A DNA stretch of 63,165 bases, filler included, from Octopus bimaculoides (taxonomy: Eukaryota): assembly GCF_001194135.2 (NCBI RefSeq). It is 5 parts of 5 records of this genome, joined end to end, with 100 filler letters (N's around TTAATTAATTAA, not from the genome) between each part and the next. Parts side by side here need not be neighbours in the genome. Positions count along the whole stretch, not along the records: positions 1 to 20,162 come from NC_068982.1; 4 more parts are not named here. The stretch is one strand, 5' to 3'. Shown here in pieces: positions 1 to 11,779 of this stretch (within the stretch, counting starts at the first letter, position 1; every line of letters begins with the position of its first letter). The position numbers and the translations under genes are program-made. The notes below the pieces were generated by a model. That model had not been told where the DNA came from. It made no database searches and saw only the letters and a program-made list of their open reading frames with translations.

Positions 1-49
1 TGGTATTCTATCGGACTCTTTTGCTAGTTTACCGGGACGTAAACAAACC

Positions 50-106
<57 letters not shown>

Positions 107-250
107 CTATATGTATACACAACAGGCTTCCACACAGTTTCTTTTACCAAATTCACTTATAACGCAATGTTCGGTTGCCTAAGGTGCCGCGCAGTCAGAT
201 TGAACCTGAAGCCACGTGGTTGCGAAACGAGCTTGTTAACCACACTAACA
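1..250 (-). mobile_element. SINE family A (tRNA head, CORE-like middle), degenerate copy with internal (CA)n
   Basis: Reverse-strand match to the family-A copies at 19108-19472 and 52750-53092 (motifs acaggcttc, ctaccaaattcac, aaggtgccgcgcagt, gaacctg). Confidence 0.75.
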
Positions 251-637
251 GGCATACGCTTATAAATATAAAATTGATAATATTACAATACCTTTTACCG
301 GTCCCGCTGTTTTATAGATTAAATAACACTTGTACTGTATAAAGTTTTCCACTTTATACTCCGCAATAGCAACAGTTGGTTGAATTGTTAAACGATGGTT
401 CGCTATCCAAGGATTCGATGGTTCCAATCACAACACCTAATTTTTCTTGGACCATTATATCTAACTGAAAAAAACCCCAAAAAACTTTCATAATAACAAT
501 GAAGATTTAGTTACCACCAATAGTGAAGATTTAGATACCGTCAATACAGCACCGGGCCTCTTACCCAGCTTTCAGAAATCCGGAATTTCGCAAAACGTGG
601 GAATACTGTGCAATACCATGGGAATACCGTACTCTGT

Positions 638-1018
638 GAGGCGCAATGGCCCAGTGGTTAGGGCAGCGGACTCGCGGTCATAGGATCACGGTTTCGATTC
701 CTAGACCGGGCGTTGTGAGTGTTTATTGAGCGAAAACACCTAAAGCTTCACGAAGCTCCGGCAGGGGATGGTGGCGAACCCTGCTGTACTCTTTCACCAC
801 AACTTTCTCTCACTCTTACTTCCTGTTTCTGTTGTGCCTGTAATTCAAAGGGTCAGCCTTGTCACACTGTGTCACGCTGAATCTCCCCGAGAATTACGTT
901 AAGGGTATACGTGTCTGTGGAGTGCTCAGCCACTTGCACGTTAATTTCACGAGCAGGCACTTCCGTTGATCGGATCAACTGGAACCCTCGACGTCGTAAG
1001 CGACGGAGTGCCAACAAC
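638..1018 (+). mobile_element. SINE family B, full length, tRNA-derived head
   Basis: A box TGGCCCAGTGG and B box GGTTTCGATTCC. Ends in CCAACAAC. Flanked by the 14-bp TSD ATACCGTACTCTGT (624-637, 1019-1032). Near-identical copies at 37704-38080 and 59193-59499. Confidence 0.9.
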
Positions 1019-2500
1019 ATACCGTACTCTGTATTGAGTAAACAGACTCTGTTTTTGAAGTTGGTTAATTGGCAGACGGTGGATTGAAAATACTTTTGTC
1101 CTTTACTTTTTTAAGTGGAGTGATAAAGATCAAACATACTTTGCTTTATTAAATTTGTACCAGTATCTGTTAAGTTAAATAAAATATTCTTTTACTTTTC
1201 CTTTGTTTAATTCTCATTCAATAAACATTGTATATTGTAGCATAGTTGTAAGACTTGGTGTCAGTTTATATGTAACATTTATTGCTACAGTTTTTGAAAG
1301 GCTTCATGAACATTCAGACAACATCAAATTTATATGAACATTGTATTCTACAGGAATCGACTGTCTTCACAGATAATTAAGGATTAATCTTTCGCATCGC
1401 TGCAAAAACGTATGGCGTTGATTCTTCACCATCTTCGAGTTGGGAGATAGCTGTGAAATAGCTATTAGGAAAATCGCGCTGGTTTGAGAATGAAGCTGTG
1501 AAAACAGTTATGAGAGCAGAATTCCCGATAACCGTAACGATAGGAGTCCGAATTCTCTCTGTCTTTTCACGCTCAAAACATCTGTTTTTAAAACTGTCAT
1601 TGAAAGAACTTTCTTGAACTTATTATCACTTGAACAATTAGCTCTGATTGGGGTCTGCACACTTGATAAACTCATGTTTTACATGCGATCGGAAATGAAA
1701 ATGAAATCGACTGTCATAATATGTTATAAGGATTTTAAATGGATTAATAAATATCAAACACAACCTATTTTAGAAGTGAATTTAATCTGTTAAATACAAT
1801 TTAGTTCTTCATTTTTCATAATTTATTTTATATTTTAAGTATATGTTTATTTAGACTGTCTCCAGAAAATCGCATAATTCAGAAATCCAGTTCTAAGTTT
1901 GCTGGATGAATAAATATAATTTGGTCCGGTATGCATGCAAAATAAAATAAATAATATCATTTGGTCCGCTACCGTCAATAAGAAGAGATTGAACGTGTTA
2001 TTCATGTAACTGGTGTCGCTATAGTAGCCATTGTATTTGTAATGAACAGTAAACCATAAATAATGCAATAATTTCAATGGGGAGTAAATGTAAAAGAGAG
2101 TGTAATTTCAAGTTACTGGCTTCTCACAATTTATGCATTACTTTTATGAGCAGCGTTGGTAAATTACTGTATCATATACCATTTAATTCCATAGTAATTA
2201 TAGTGCCTCTGTGATTTTTCTCCCCTAAGTTTCTGGTCATAATACAACACGAATCAAAATATTTACGAACATGGCAACACAGACTTCATTTAGTTTGACC
2301 ATAAATTTAACTGATTGGCCGAAACTATTCATTAATATAAATTTCCTAATAAAACAGGAATGAAGCGACTCATTTTATGGCAACCTGATGTATATCAAGT
2401 CAGCCACCCGATCCCCTTCACCCCCGAGAAAGTTGTGTACAGTTCTAGAATGTAGCATAATTCGTTACATGTAGTTCCGTAATTGGTAAATATTTTCATG

Positions 2501-2705
2501 TTAACCCTTTAGCATTTAAACTGCCCATATCTGACCCCAAATATTTTACCTGCTTTATGTTCAAACCGGCCAGATGCAAACTCATGCATACCCTACAATG
2601 TCATTCTAAAAATAAACATTCACATCATCAAAATCTGGAAGCTACGGGATAATGTACGATTAATTCTAAACATTTGACAGAGTAATGTGGATGCGAGAGA
2701 GTTAA
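2501..2705. mobile_element. piggyBac-type MITE
   Basis: TTAACCCTTTAGCAT at the left end and degenerate ATGCGAGAGAGTTAA at the right end, with TTAA on both sides. A cleaner right end (ATGCTAAAGAGTTAA) recurs at 8979-9015. Confidence 0.6.
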
Positions 2706-2744
2706 GCACATTTGCCCCGTGCTTATATATATATATATATATAT

Positions 2745-3738
2745 GTGTAGGAAATCGTTTTCCTCTCCTTAGGGGTACACACTCTTCATTCTCACTTAAC
2801 GTTAAGAACTTAGCTAAATCCTTCTTTAAAATACTAGACTCTAACTTCCCACGGCAACATAAATATTCTATCTTTAATCGATCCACCCTGAAACTATCTT
2901 ATTCTACCTCACCCAACTTCGAATTTATTGTAGCAGCCTCTAATACGCAAAAGCTTTCTCTTTACTATAAAAACTCACATAACTACAACTCTAGTCATAC
3001 AAACACTCAACATACACACACAGCTCCAGCACAGATACCCTTACATTAGACCACAACCACAACCTAACCCATCCTACTGATACTAGCCGGAACACCACCA
3101 CAATCTCTACCACCCTTACAAATAGTACAATTAATAACAACAATGGTAATAATAGCAATGATGGTAATGATAACGTTAACAATACTAATAATATAGAATC
3201 TTCTACCCCCTTCTCTAACCTCTCCTCTGACGATATTACCTCTATTCCTGAACACAGTCCCCAAAATTCACCTAATTGTAATTGCCGTCCTGGAACCATC
3301 TGCCCGTTACAAACCCATTGCAAAAGATATAATGTAATTTACAAATGCAATGTCCTTAATCTATTACACAACTTTACGGCCATATACATAGGATCAACTA
3401 AAAATGTTAAGCAACGATATGCCGCTCACCTCCATTCTTTTAGATACGATAAACATAGTAAATCTACAACACTCGCCAACCACATACAGCATCTCAAAAA
3501 TACAAATATACCCTATACTCTATTATGGTCCATACTGGACTCAGGGCTTCCCTACCGAGGTCAACGCTCAACCTGCAAACTTTGCCTGACGGAGGCACTT
3601 CACAACTCTCCAGCACTGCTAAATAAACATAATGAGGTACTAAGCACATGCAACCACTGCTTTTTTCACACATTCAAATTCTACCACAAATCTAAATGCC
3701 TAAACGACCACACAGTATATTTCCACAATATTCCTTAG
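2745..3738 (+). pseudogene. Penelope-like element, 3' part: post-RT linker plus GIY-YIG endonuclease, one frameshift
   Basis: Frame +2 gives FSLNVKNLAKSFFKILDSNFP..IFNRSTLKLSYS. Frame +1 is open from 2995 to 3738 (no ATG, so absent from the ORF track): CNCRPGTICPLQTHC..VIYKC..IYIGST..KQRYAAHLHSF..WSIL..CKLCLTE..LLNKHNE..CNH. Confidence 0.85.
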
Positions 3739-3899
3739 GTATAGACAATATAAATCTTGAAATACTTAAATCATATTTCCCTACAGACATAGCCCTCCCC
3801 ACCCCGAAGTTGGACTTCAATAAGTCAATGTACGAGGACCTATGTCAAACCACTCCACGAGCCCAGGTAAAGGAAAAGAACAAGGACGAGAGCCACTGA

Positions 3900-5765
3900 T
3901 GCCAAGGTAAGTAGATGGCTTGTATTCATGTTGGTTGTATTCATGTTTCTCTAACCCTATTTTCCTAAGATGGAAAACAGGGATCCGTGAAAATCGCTGC
4001 GATTTTTTTTTTTAGTATAACGCTACTATTGTTTGGTGGGCATTGCTGAGATGGAGAAAATGAAGACGTATGCAGCAGCGACGGGGAGTCGAGCTTCTGT
4101 CGTCCCAGGCCTGCTGAAGCAATATGAAATACACTGGAATGAAGACATGGCTGAGAAAATTGGAAAATATAAAGAAATGATAAAGAAGGAGGGGGCCAAA
4201 CGTAAAGTTGACCCCATCAGAGGAGGAAAAGACGAAAAAGGAAATTGGAGTCGTGGAATATAAGTCATTTTCAAGGAAAAATAAAAGAATAGAGAGCGCA
4301 ACGAAGGAGGAGGTGGAGGAGTGTTTGAAGGAATTGCAAGATGTGTCGTTTTTTTACAAGAGACAAGACATACGCGTCTGTAGAGATCACATTAGTATCG
4401 GAGGAGGCAGCAAAAAAATACGCCAATAAGACGTTAACTAAAGGAAATTGGATGCTCTTTCCCAATAAGTTGGGTAGACGCCCAACGTGGATTAGAGTGG
4501 GTAGGATCCTACCAAAAATTGAGTTGGAATGGGTAATGGCAGCAGTTTTTCCTGAAAGAGGAGAAGTAAGGATAATTATGATAAGCAGAACCCAAAAAAT
4601 AAATTGTTGGGGGTATGGATTGGAGGTGCTTTTTACGGCAAGTCAGAAAGTTTACAGTGACATACCGAAGACACTGGAACTGCCTAACGAGGACAAACTG
4701 GACATAATGTAGGTGGGGAGACCTCCAAAGTGCTATGAATGTGGCAAAAGAGGTCACATTAGAAGAAGGTGCCCAGAAATAATGTAAAACAAAGAAATGG
4801 AAACGCAAGAAGGCGTGATAGAGGAGAGGAAACAGTCACAGGAAGAGGAGCAGAGAGCTGATTTTGAGGAAGCTAAATCAAGGAAGAGAGACAGGAAGAG
4901 CTCATCACCGAAAGTCGAACAAGGGAAAAAATACAAATCACAGGATCAAGTGGGATCATTGAGGAAAGAGGATAATAGCAGAACATTACCACAGAACCAT
5001 ACAGTCAAACAATCGCACAGACAGACAGATACACAGATGCATAAACACACAGACATACATACACTCGGAAGCGTAGAAGATAATGCAGAGTTGCAGAAAC
5101 CTAAAAGCACANNNNNNNNNNNNNNNNNNNNNNNNNNNNNNNNNNNNNNNNNNNNNNNNNNNNNNNNNNNNNNNNNNNNNNNNNNNNNNNNNNNNNNNNN
5201 NNNNNNNNNNNNNNNNNNNNNNNNNNNNNNNNNNNNNNNNNNNNNNNNNNNNNNNNNNNNNNNNNNNNNNNNNNNNNNNNNNNNNNNNNNNNNNNNNNNN
5301 NNNNNNNNNNNNNNNNNNNNNNNNNNNNNNNNNNNNNNNNNNNNNNNNNNNNNNNNNNNNNNNNNNNNNNNNNNNNNNNNNNNNNNNNNNNNNNNNNNNN
5401 NNNNNNNNNNNNNNNNNNNNNNNNNNNNNNNNNNNNNNNNNNNNNNNNNNCAACAGATATAAACCCACTGGGGCCCGAGGTGAATTTCGAACCGCGCGCT
5501 CCAGTGGTGAACTACGAGGAAATAAAAGATTATATAAAATGATGAGTAGTTTTATTTTGGATAAATTATTGAGATAATTTTGGAAAGAACTATCGAAGAC
5601 TATGAAAGGAACTATTGAGAACTGTTGAAATAATTGAAATAACGCGGCCGCCCCGGGGTGGGGCTGGGGTGGCCGTCCCCTCATCATTGTTTAATTTCAT
5701 TGTTGCATTCTATCATGTGTTAATTGTCCCATCTGTGTTTAGCCCCTTGTGGGTAATAAAGAAAT
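3900..5765 (+). mobile_element. ORF1-only (HAL1-like) non-LTR element, copy E1, decayed; 5' boundary uncertain
   Basis: Frameshifted ORF1 from ATG 4051 with a CX2CX4HX4C knuckle (CYECGKRGHIRRRC, 4731-4772) and a charged tail. Then a 339-N gap and a 3' UTR ending GTTTAGCCCCTTGTGGGTAATAAAGAAA. No RT or APE sequence is visible. Confidence 0.65.
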
Positions 5766-6118
5766 TGGTATTTCGTCCGCCTTTACGTTTTGAGTTCAAA
5801 TTCCGCCGAGGTCGACTTTGCCTTTCATTCTTTCGGGCTCGATAAATTAAGTACCAGTGAAGCACTGGGGTTGATGTAATCGACTAGTCCCCTTCCCCAG
5901 AATTTTCAGGGCCTTGTGCCTAGAGTAGAAATGATATTTATCTGTTTTATTTTTGTCTGTCTTTATGTTCTGAGTACAAATTCCGCCGAGGTCGACTTTG
6001 CCTTTCACCCTTTCGGAGTCGATAAATTAAGTACCAGTTGCGTACTGAAATCGATCTAATCGACTGGCTCCCTCCTCCCAAATTTTGGGCCTTGTACCTA
6101 GAGTAGAAAAGAGTATTA
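5766..6118 (+). mobile_element. SINE family D, two head-truncated copies in tandem
   Basis: Two iterations of GAGTTCAAATTCCGCCGAGGTCGACTTTGCCTTTCA..GTCGATAAATTAAGTACCAGT..GGCCTTGTGCCTAGAGTAGAAA. Confidence 0.85.
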
Positions 6119-6812
6119 AAGCAGTTTCGTGCCGAGAATAACAACAGAGGTTCGAGACCACCAAAGAGAATACACATTCTCACCTCGCGTCACAAGGAAG
6201 CAGAACGCGGCCTAGTATCACAGAAGCAACGCTAAGTTTTTCTTACTGAATTCCAGCCAAAAATATAAAGCATTTCTTGTAAAATGACAAACCAACTCTT
6301 ATTGGTATCTCGAGCATTAATAATTAATAAGTTTACATGTTACACTGAGCCCGATTTCTAATCTCGCTACATTAACACGAGCAACCAATAGAAGTTTATA
6401 TTTAATTGTACTGTTCAATAAATCTTACAGTAAAAATATATTATATCATGTTCGCTTCTGATCAATAACAACATACCGAGACAGCGACATTGGTGACAGC
6501 TATATCCTTTCAGTGCGACCCCCCCCCGCACACATGTTTATGTGTATGTATGTATGCATGTATGTGCGTGCGCGTTTATACACTTAATCACACACAAATG
6601 CACACACACACACACACATACATTCGTGCTTGCATGCATACACACATTCATACACAGACACAACACAAGTTATCTAGATAATATATCTTTGGCTAACCTA
6701 AATAGGATGTTATGAGATGCTTCCTTTATAGGACACCTAACACATACTTATCTGAATTTTGCAGCTAACCGAATTGTTTATCTGTGTATGTGCATGTGCG
6801 CGCGTGTGTGTC

Positions 6813-6857
<45 letters not shown>

Positions 6858-6952
6858 TGCATCTTCTTTGGAAAGGGTGTTCAATTTAAATTCCAATTTA
6901 TATTCATAACCCTACCAGCAGTCCCTTCTTAAAACATGGGCATAGCGACTAG

Positions 6953-7599
6953 GGATCTATTTTAAAACGGGGGCCCACATTTTTCATTAATGTTTTACGT
7001 AGTGTTTTTGGTACCGAAAGACTTTCAAACTTCGTATACTTATCTATTTTGTGTTATAGAACAGAAAAATATTTTTGTATTCGAATTTATTTCATGTAAA
7101 AAATTGTCTTATTTCGATAATTTCAACCAATCACTGACAAGTATTCAGTTGTTTATANNNNNNNNNNNNNNNNNNNNNNNNNNNNNNNNNNNNNNNNNNN
7201 NNNNNNNNNNNNNNNNNNNNNNNNNNNNNNNNNNNNNNNNNNNNNNNNNNNNAAGCGTATTTAATCTCCATACCTTCGTTTTATTTGCTTTTTTCATTTT
7301 AAATTTGCTTTAACCCTAACCCTAACCCTAACCCTAACCCTAGGGTTAGGGTTAGGGTTAATTGTTTCAGAATCGTTTGTTTATGTAGTCGGCACTTAAT
7401 GTATATCGGCTGAATGGACGTCAGTGATTGGTTGAAATTACAGAAATACGACAACTTTAACATGGAATAACTTATGGATTTCTTTTTTTTTTAAGAAGAC
7501 TAAGAGAAAAAGATGTTTTATATGACACATTCTACCAGTGTTCCAAGTTTCAAAGTGTTTCGTTAATGAAAAATGTGGCCCCCGTTTTAAAAAAGATCC
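6953..7599. mobile_element. MITE with GGATC-initiated TIRs, 8-bp TSD and an internal telomeric palindrome
   Basis: TIRs GGATCTATTTTAAAACGGGGGCCCACATTTTTCATTAA and TTAATGAAAAATGTGGCCCCCGTTTTAAAAAAGATCC. TSD GCGACTAG/GCGACTAC. A second copy lies in the opposite orientation at 40474-41185. Confidence 0.85.
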
Positions 7600-7994
7600 G
7601 CGACTACTTGTCCAGGGCCCTCCACAACTATAGAGGGTCAATTGCAATCTATGTATGCTGTGGCTTGCCGTCGATAAATAAATACTATAAGGTGCATTCC
7701 ATTGATCTGTCCAGGAGCCTATAATACTGCCAAGACTGCCCTGTCCACCAAGTTACTTTGCATTTCTTCAGGTACTTTGAATAATACATATATCTGATCA
7801 AGCAAATGTGCATCTAAGTTGATGCTCACCCGTCTAGAACAATGGTTCTCAATCGGGGTCCATATAGCCCTTTGGTGTGCATGTAGGGTTTTACTGTTAA
7901 AATATATGTGCAATAAATTGCTTATACTTATAAAATACACAAAATATTTTAGCAATTTTCTAAATGCAATTTCTAATAGTTAATTATTAAAAAA

Positions 7995-8297
7995 GCGCAT
8001 GGTTCAGTGGTTAGAGCGTTGGGTTCACAATCATGAGGTAGTGAGTTCGATTCCGGACCGGGCTGTGTGTTGTGTTCATGTGCATGACATTTTATTTCAT
8101 GTTGCCACGTCACTGGTGCCGAACTGTATCGATCTTTGCCTTTCCCTTGGATAATATCGGTAGTGTGGTGTGGAGAGGGGAGGCTGGTATGTATAGGCTG
8201 GTCTTCCATAAACAACTTTGCCCGGACTTGTGCCTCGGAAGTGAACTTTCTCGGTGCAATCCCATGGTCCTCCATGACCGAAGAGGGGTCTTTACCC
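7995..8297 (+). mobile_element. SINE family C, tRNA-derived head
   Basis: A box TGGTTCAGTGG and B box AGTTCGATTCC. The body matches the reverse-strand copy at 29541-29865. Confidence 0.8.
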
Positions 8298-9017
8298 TAT
8301 ATATATATGTATAAATATATGTATGTATATATAAATATGATATGGGGGATTCTTTCTTGTATATTTTCTTGTCTTGGGATTCACGGTCAAACGGTTGGGT
8401 GGAATTGCGCGAAAAATTACACGGATGTGTAAAATGATCCGGAGGTGTTGCTGGGCTTTGTATTTTTTTCACAGCTCCCATGGTTACCGAGATAATCTAC
8501 TATAATAATACTCTTGTATTTATGAATGAGAAAGATATGACAATGTGGCAGAGAAAAGAAATTGAGCTAATGAAAGCCAGAGAGTGTGGGATGAGATAAC
8601 TTCTACGTTGGTTAATTCCATAGTTGTCACTCTGTGACGTTACTTCAGTCGAGACAGCATTTCGTTTGAGCCGGTCAGTCTCCTCTCTGTCAGTTGCTCT
8701 CACTAACTAACTTTTCCCTGAAGGCTGCTAGAATTTATAAGAATGCAAGAAGCAATGGATATTTTGTGGGGGTCCATTGTTATCTCAATTCACTTCTCTA
8801 CCGCAGACAAGAGGTTAGAAGGGTCAAATGACAAAGACATAAATCGGCTTAGCGAAGCCATCTGGTAAATGTAACTGCTGTCACTATTGTTTTCTCCGTG
8901 AGAAAAGTTCTGTTGAAATGTTAAAGGAAATTGGCATATTCAGGTTCGAATCTACTCTATGCCTAAATGAAGTCACTACACATTTGACAGAGAAATCTGA
9001 ATGCTAAAGAGTTAAAG

Positions 9018-9085
9018 CAACGGCCCCCAACCGCTTTTGCACCAAGGTCCTGTTTCATGCAAGACAATTTTTCCACTAACCGGGA
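9018..9085 (+). mobile_element. hAT/Charlie-type MITE left end
   Basis: CAACGGCCCCCAACC..GCACCAAGGTCCTGTTTCATGCAAGACAATTTTTCCAC resembles MER1-type hAT termini (recalled, not searched). Confidence 0.55.
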
Positions 9086-9180
9086 TATCATGCACATAAC
9101 GAAACACAATAAAGGGCATAATATTTAATTTAATTATTCCCTATATTAATGCATATATTTTTTATCTTTTCATTTTTTTG

Positions 9181-9385
9181 TTTCAGTCATTAGACTGCGG
9201 CTATGCTTTGGCACTGCCTTGAAGAATTTTAGTCGATTGAATTGACCCCAATACTTTCTTTTTAAGCCTGGTACTTATTCTATTGATCCCTTTTGCCGAA
9301 CTGCTATGTTACGGGGACGTAAAAACACAAGCACCGGTTGTCAGACGGCAGTGGGGGACAAACAGACATAAAGACACACACATAT
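9181..9385 (-). mobile_element. SINE family A, 3' half
   Basis: Reverse complement of the family-A tail. A head-side piece follows the gap at 9749-9850. Confidence 0.8.
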
Positions 9386-9404
9386 AGTCATATACATTGT
9401 ATAT

Positions 9405-9625
9405 GCGGTAGATGTAGGTGTCTTCAAGATGAGGTTGGACCTCTTCCTGTCAGGTGTCCCAGATGAACCAACTTCACGGCAGGAGGTGCAGATGAGAGCG
9501 GCTGCATCAAACTCTCTCATGCACCAAATGTCAATTCCTGAAGTAAAATTGTGTAGCAACACCAAATGGCGGTGCCCCAGCATGGCCACAGCTCATGAGC
9601 TGAAACTAGATAAAGTGAAAAAAGT
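9405..9625 (+). mobile_element. CR1-type LINE extreme 3' end (ORF2 C-terminus plus 3' UTR)
   Basis: Translates VDVGVFKMRLDLFLSGVPDEPT..RAAASNSL, a CR1-like C-terminus. Followed by GGCGGTGCCCCAGCATGGCCACAG..CTGAAACTAGATAAAG. Confidence 0.7.
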
Positions 9626-9854
9626 GATATATANNNNNNNNNNNNNNNNNNNNNNNNNNNNNNNNNNNNNNNNNNNNNNNNNNNNNNNNNNNNNNNNNNN
9701 NNNNNNNNNNNNNNNNNNNNNNNNNNNNNNNNNNNNNNNNNNNNNNNNGGTCGGCCTGAGGCTATAGCAGAAGACACTTGCCCAAGGTGTCACGCAGCAG
9801 GACTGAACCCGGGACCACGCGGTTGGGAAGCAAGTTTCTGACCACAATCCTTTC

Positions 9855-10070
9855 TACTATAGATACAAGGCCTGAAATTTGCCGGGAGGGTGACAGTGGA
9901 TTATATCTACCCAAGTGCACAACTGGTACTTACTTCATCGACTTCGAAAGGATAAAAGATAAAGTCAACCTCGGCGGAATTTGAACTCAGATCATAAAGA
10001 CGGGTGCAATGTCGCTTAGCATTTTATACAGCGTGCTAACGATTCTGCCAGCTCACCGCTTTATAATAAG
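9855..10070 (-). mobile_element. SINE family D
   Basis: Reverse-strand match: AAAGTCAACCTCGGCGGAATTTGAACTCAG..TGCTAACGATTCTGCCAGCTCACCGC. Confidence 0.8.
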
Positions 10071-11487
10071 CCAAAGGTCACGCAGCAAAACATTTGACAT
10101 TTTATTTATATTACGTTATTATTATTATTCAATTTGCTTATTATGTGCAAGTACATATGCATACATCATTATTTTATTTATTTTATTCAGCTTTAGAAAA
10201 ATTGAAGCATGTCTTTGACAATTCTGGTGCATATTGAACTTATTTTGTGCATGACTCTAGACTCACCCAGTACAATGCAAAAACCTCCATAAAAAACCCT
10301 GCGATAAAATAGAAATAAAATTACAACATTTATTCTTTTTGTGTGGCCCAATACGAAATTACCTATGGCCCGGTGGTTGGGGACCCTTGCCTTGTACCAT
10401 GCCTTACTGTTTTTAAAAAAACAGATGCATAGGAAACTGTTGTCCAATATACACTGTTTATGGGAAAATAATCTTCCAGGTTTGTATATCATTGATTATA
10501 GGTCAGCTCGGCCAAAGCCTACTTAACTTATAGCTTAATTGCTGAGAAAGTCACAAATTATATGATTTATGATCTTGATTGCAAGGACTGTTAAGACGTT
10601 AAGAGTTATTATAATACGAGAATTTTCTATTTAGATTTTATTCACTGTTTTTCATTTCAAGGTCTTAAAATCAATAAGAGAATTTGGAACTTGTAGAATA
10701 GAAACAACTGAGTTGCTTCCCCTTATTTGAATGAATTCTGTCTGAGCTACTTCAGCATTTTGCCACGAGGTGATATTAAAACGATCTATAAGAACTTCCT
10801 ATATATAAATGTTACTTAAAAGGATGCAGAGTGGACAAATACTTTTGCGTAGTTTAGCTGCGTGTCCTTTCGTTTTTGAGTTCAAATTCCACAAAAGTCG
10901 ACTTTACTTTTCATATTTCGGGGCTCGATAAAATAAGTACTAATCAAATACTGGATTGATTTTGTTGCCAAATGTGTCTTTGCGCTTTAGTAAGAGATTA
11001 ATATGTTACTGTTACATAAGATAATACATGGCAGAACCAGTAGCACGCCGGACCGCATTTAGTTATGTTCCTTTTTATCATCTTAATTAAAAAACATATC
11101 GGTGTTGACCTTAGCCATTCACTCTATCTGGAGAGGATGACTTTTGTACCTGTAAGGTAGTGAAATCAATTGATAACTGCTTTTCCACAAAACCTGTGCT
11201 TTTATGGAAAAATTCTAAATATATATATTCACTGTTACTTATACTGATTCAGGAGAAATGAAAGGCAGAATGAAATCCGATAGGATTTAAACTAAGGAAT
11301 GAATGACTTCGAATCAGATTCTGTAAAGCAGGGCATCCCAACCAACGGTCCGCGGACCAGTACAATGACAGTATCAGGCCGTAGGTCACAATCATGTCGT
11401 GGATGGTTTGGTACCAGGCCACACTGAAGGAACAAATTAAAAAATTTTATTAACCATCTTAATCGGTAGGGTTGTTTTGCATTATAC

Positions 11488-11652
11488 ATGGATTACCATG
11501 TATGGGGTGTAATTGTCTGCTACACCAAAGCCGAGCTAGTGGCCAAGATCAAGGAGGTGTTAGAAGATCTCAGGGACACAGTGAGGAACACATGCACCAG
11601 GTTCTAGAGCCGTCTTGAGGCCGAGCTGGAAGCCGAGGGTGGCTACTTTGAG
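11488..11652 (+). pseudogene. Tc1/mariner-superfamily transposase C-terminal fragment
   Basis: Translates MDYHVWGV..TKAELVAKIKEV..TCTRF*SRLEAELEAEGGYFE, a typical Tc1/maT-like C-terminus, with a stop and a frameshift. Confidence 0.65.
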
Positions 11653-11779
11653 GAAACTGTTATCTCTCAGCCATAATCTAGTTGAATTTTTTAATTTTTT
11701 AAAACTACTTTTATCTTTGGATGGGATACTGTGTTTTTTTCCCCTTTTATGCAAACTGTCAAATTTAGCCCGAACACCC

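Noticed and set aside
638-715. tRNA genes (also 7995-8065 and the heads of families A and D)
   Set aside because: The A/B boxes run straight into SINE bodies, and TSDs and multiple copies are present. No complete cloverleaf.
1377-2077. Possible host exons (ATG-less open frame ~1377-1620 on the minus strand; GPCR-TM2-like ORF 1847-2077)
   Set aside because: Only vague resemblance, no convincing splice sites and no recognisable motif.
3880-3910. Hammerhead ribozyme beside the PLE fragments (CTGATG at ~3896 and ~58226); also the CCGATGAAG motif at ~51479
   Set aside because: No downstream stem II plus GAAA in the required arrangement.
7310-7361. Telomere-fusion scar
   Set aside because: Polarity is (CCCTAA)n then (TTAGGG)n, the opposite of an end-to-end fusion, and it lies inside a TSD-flanked MITE.
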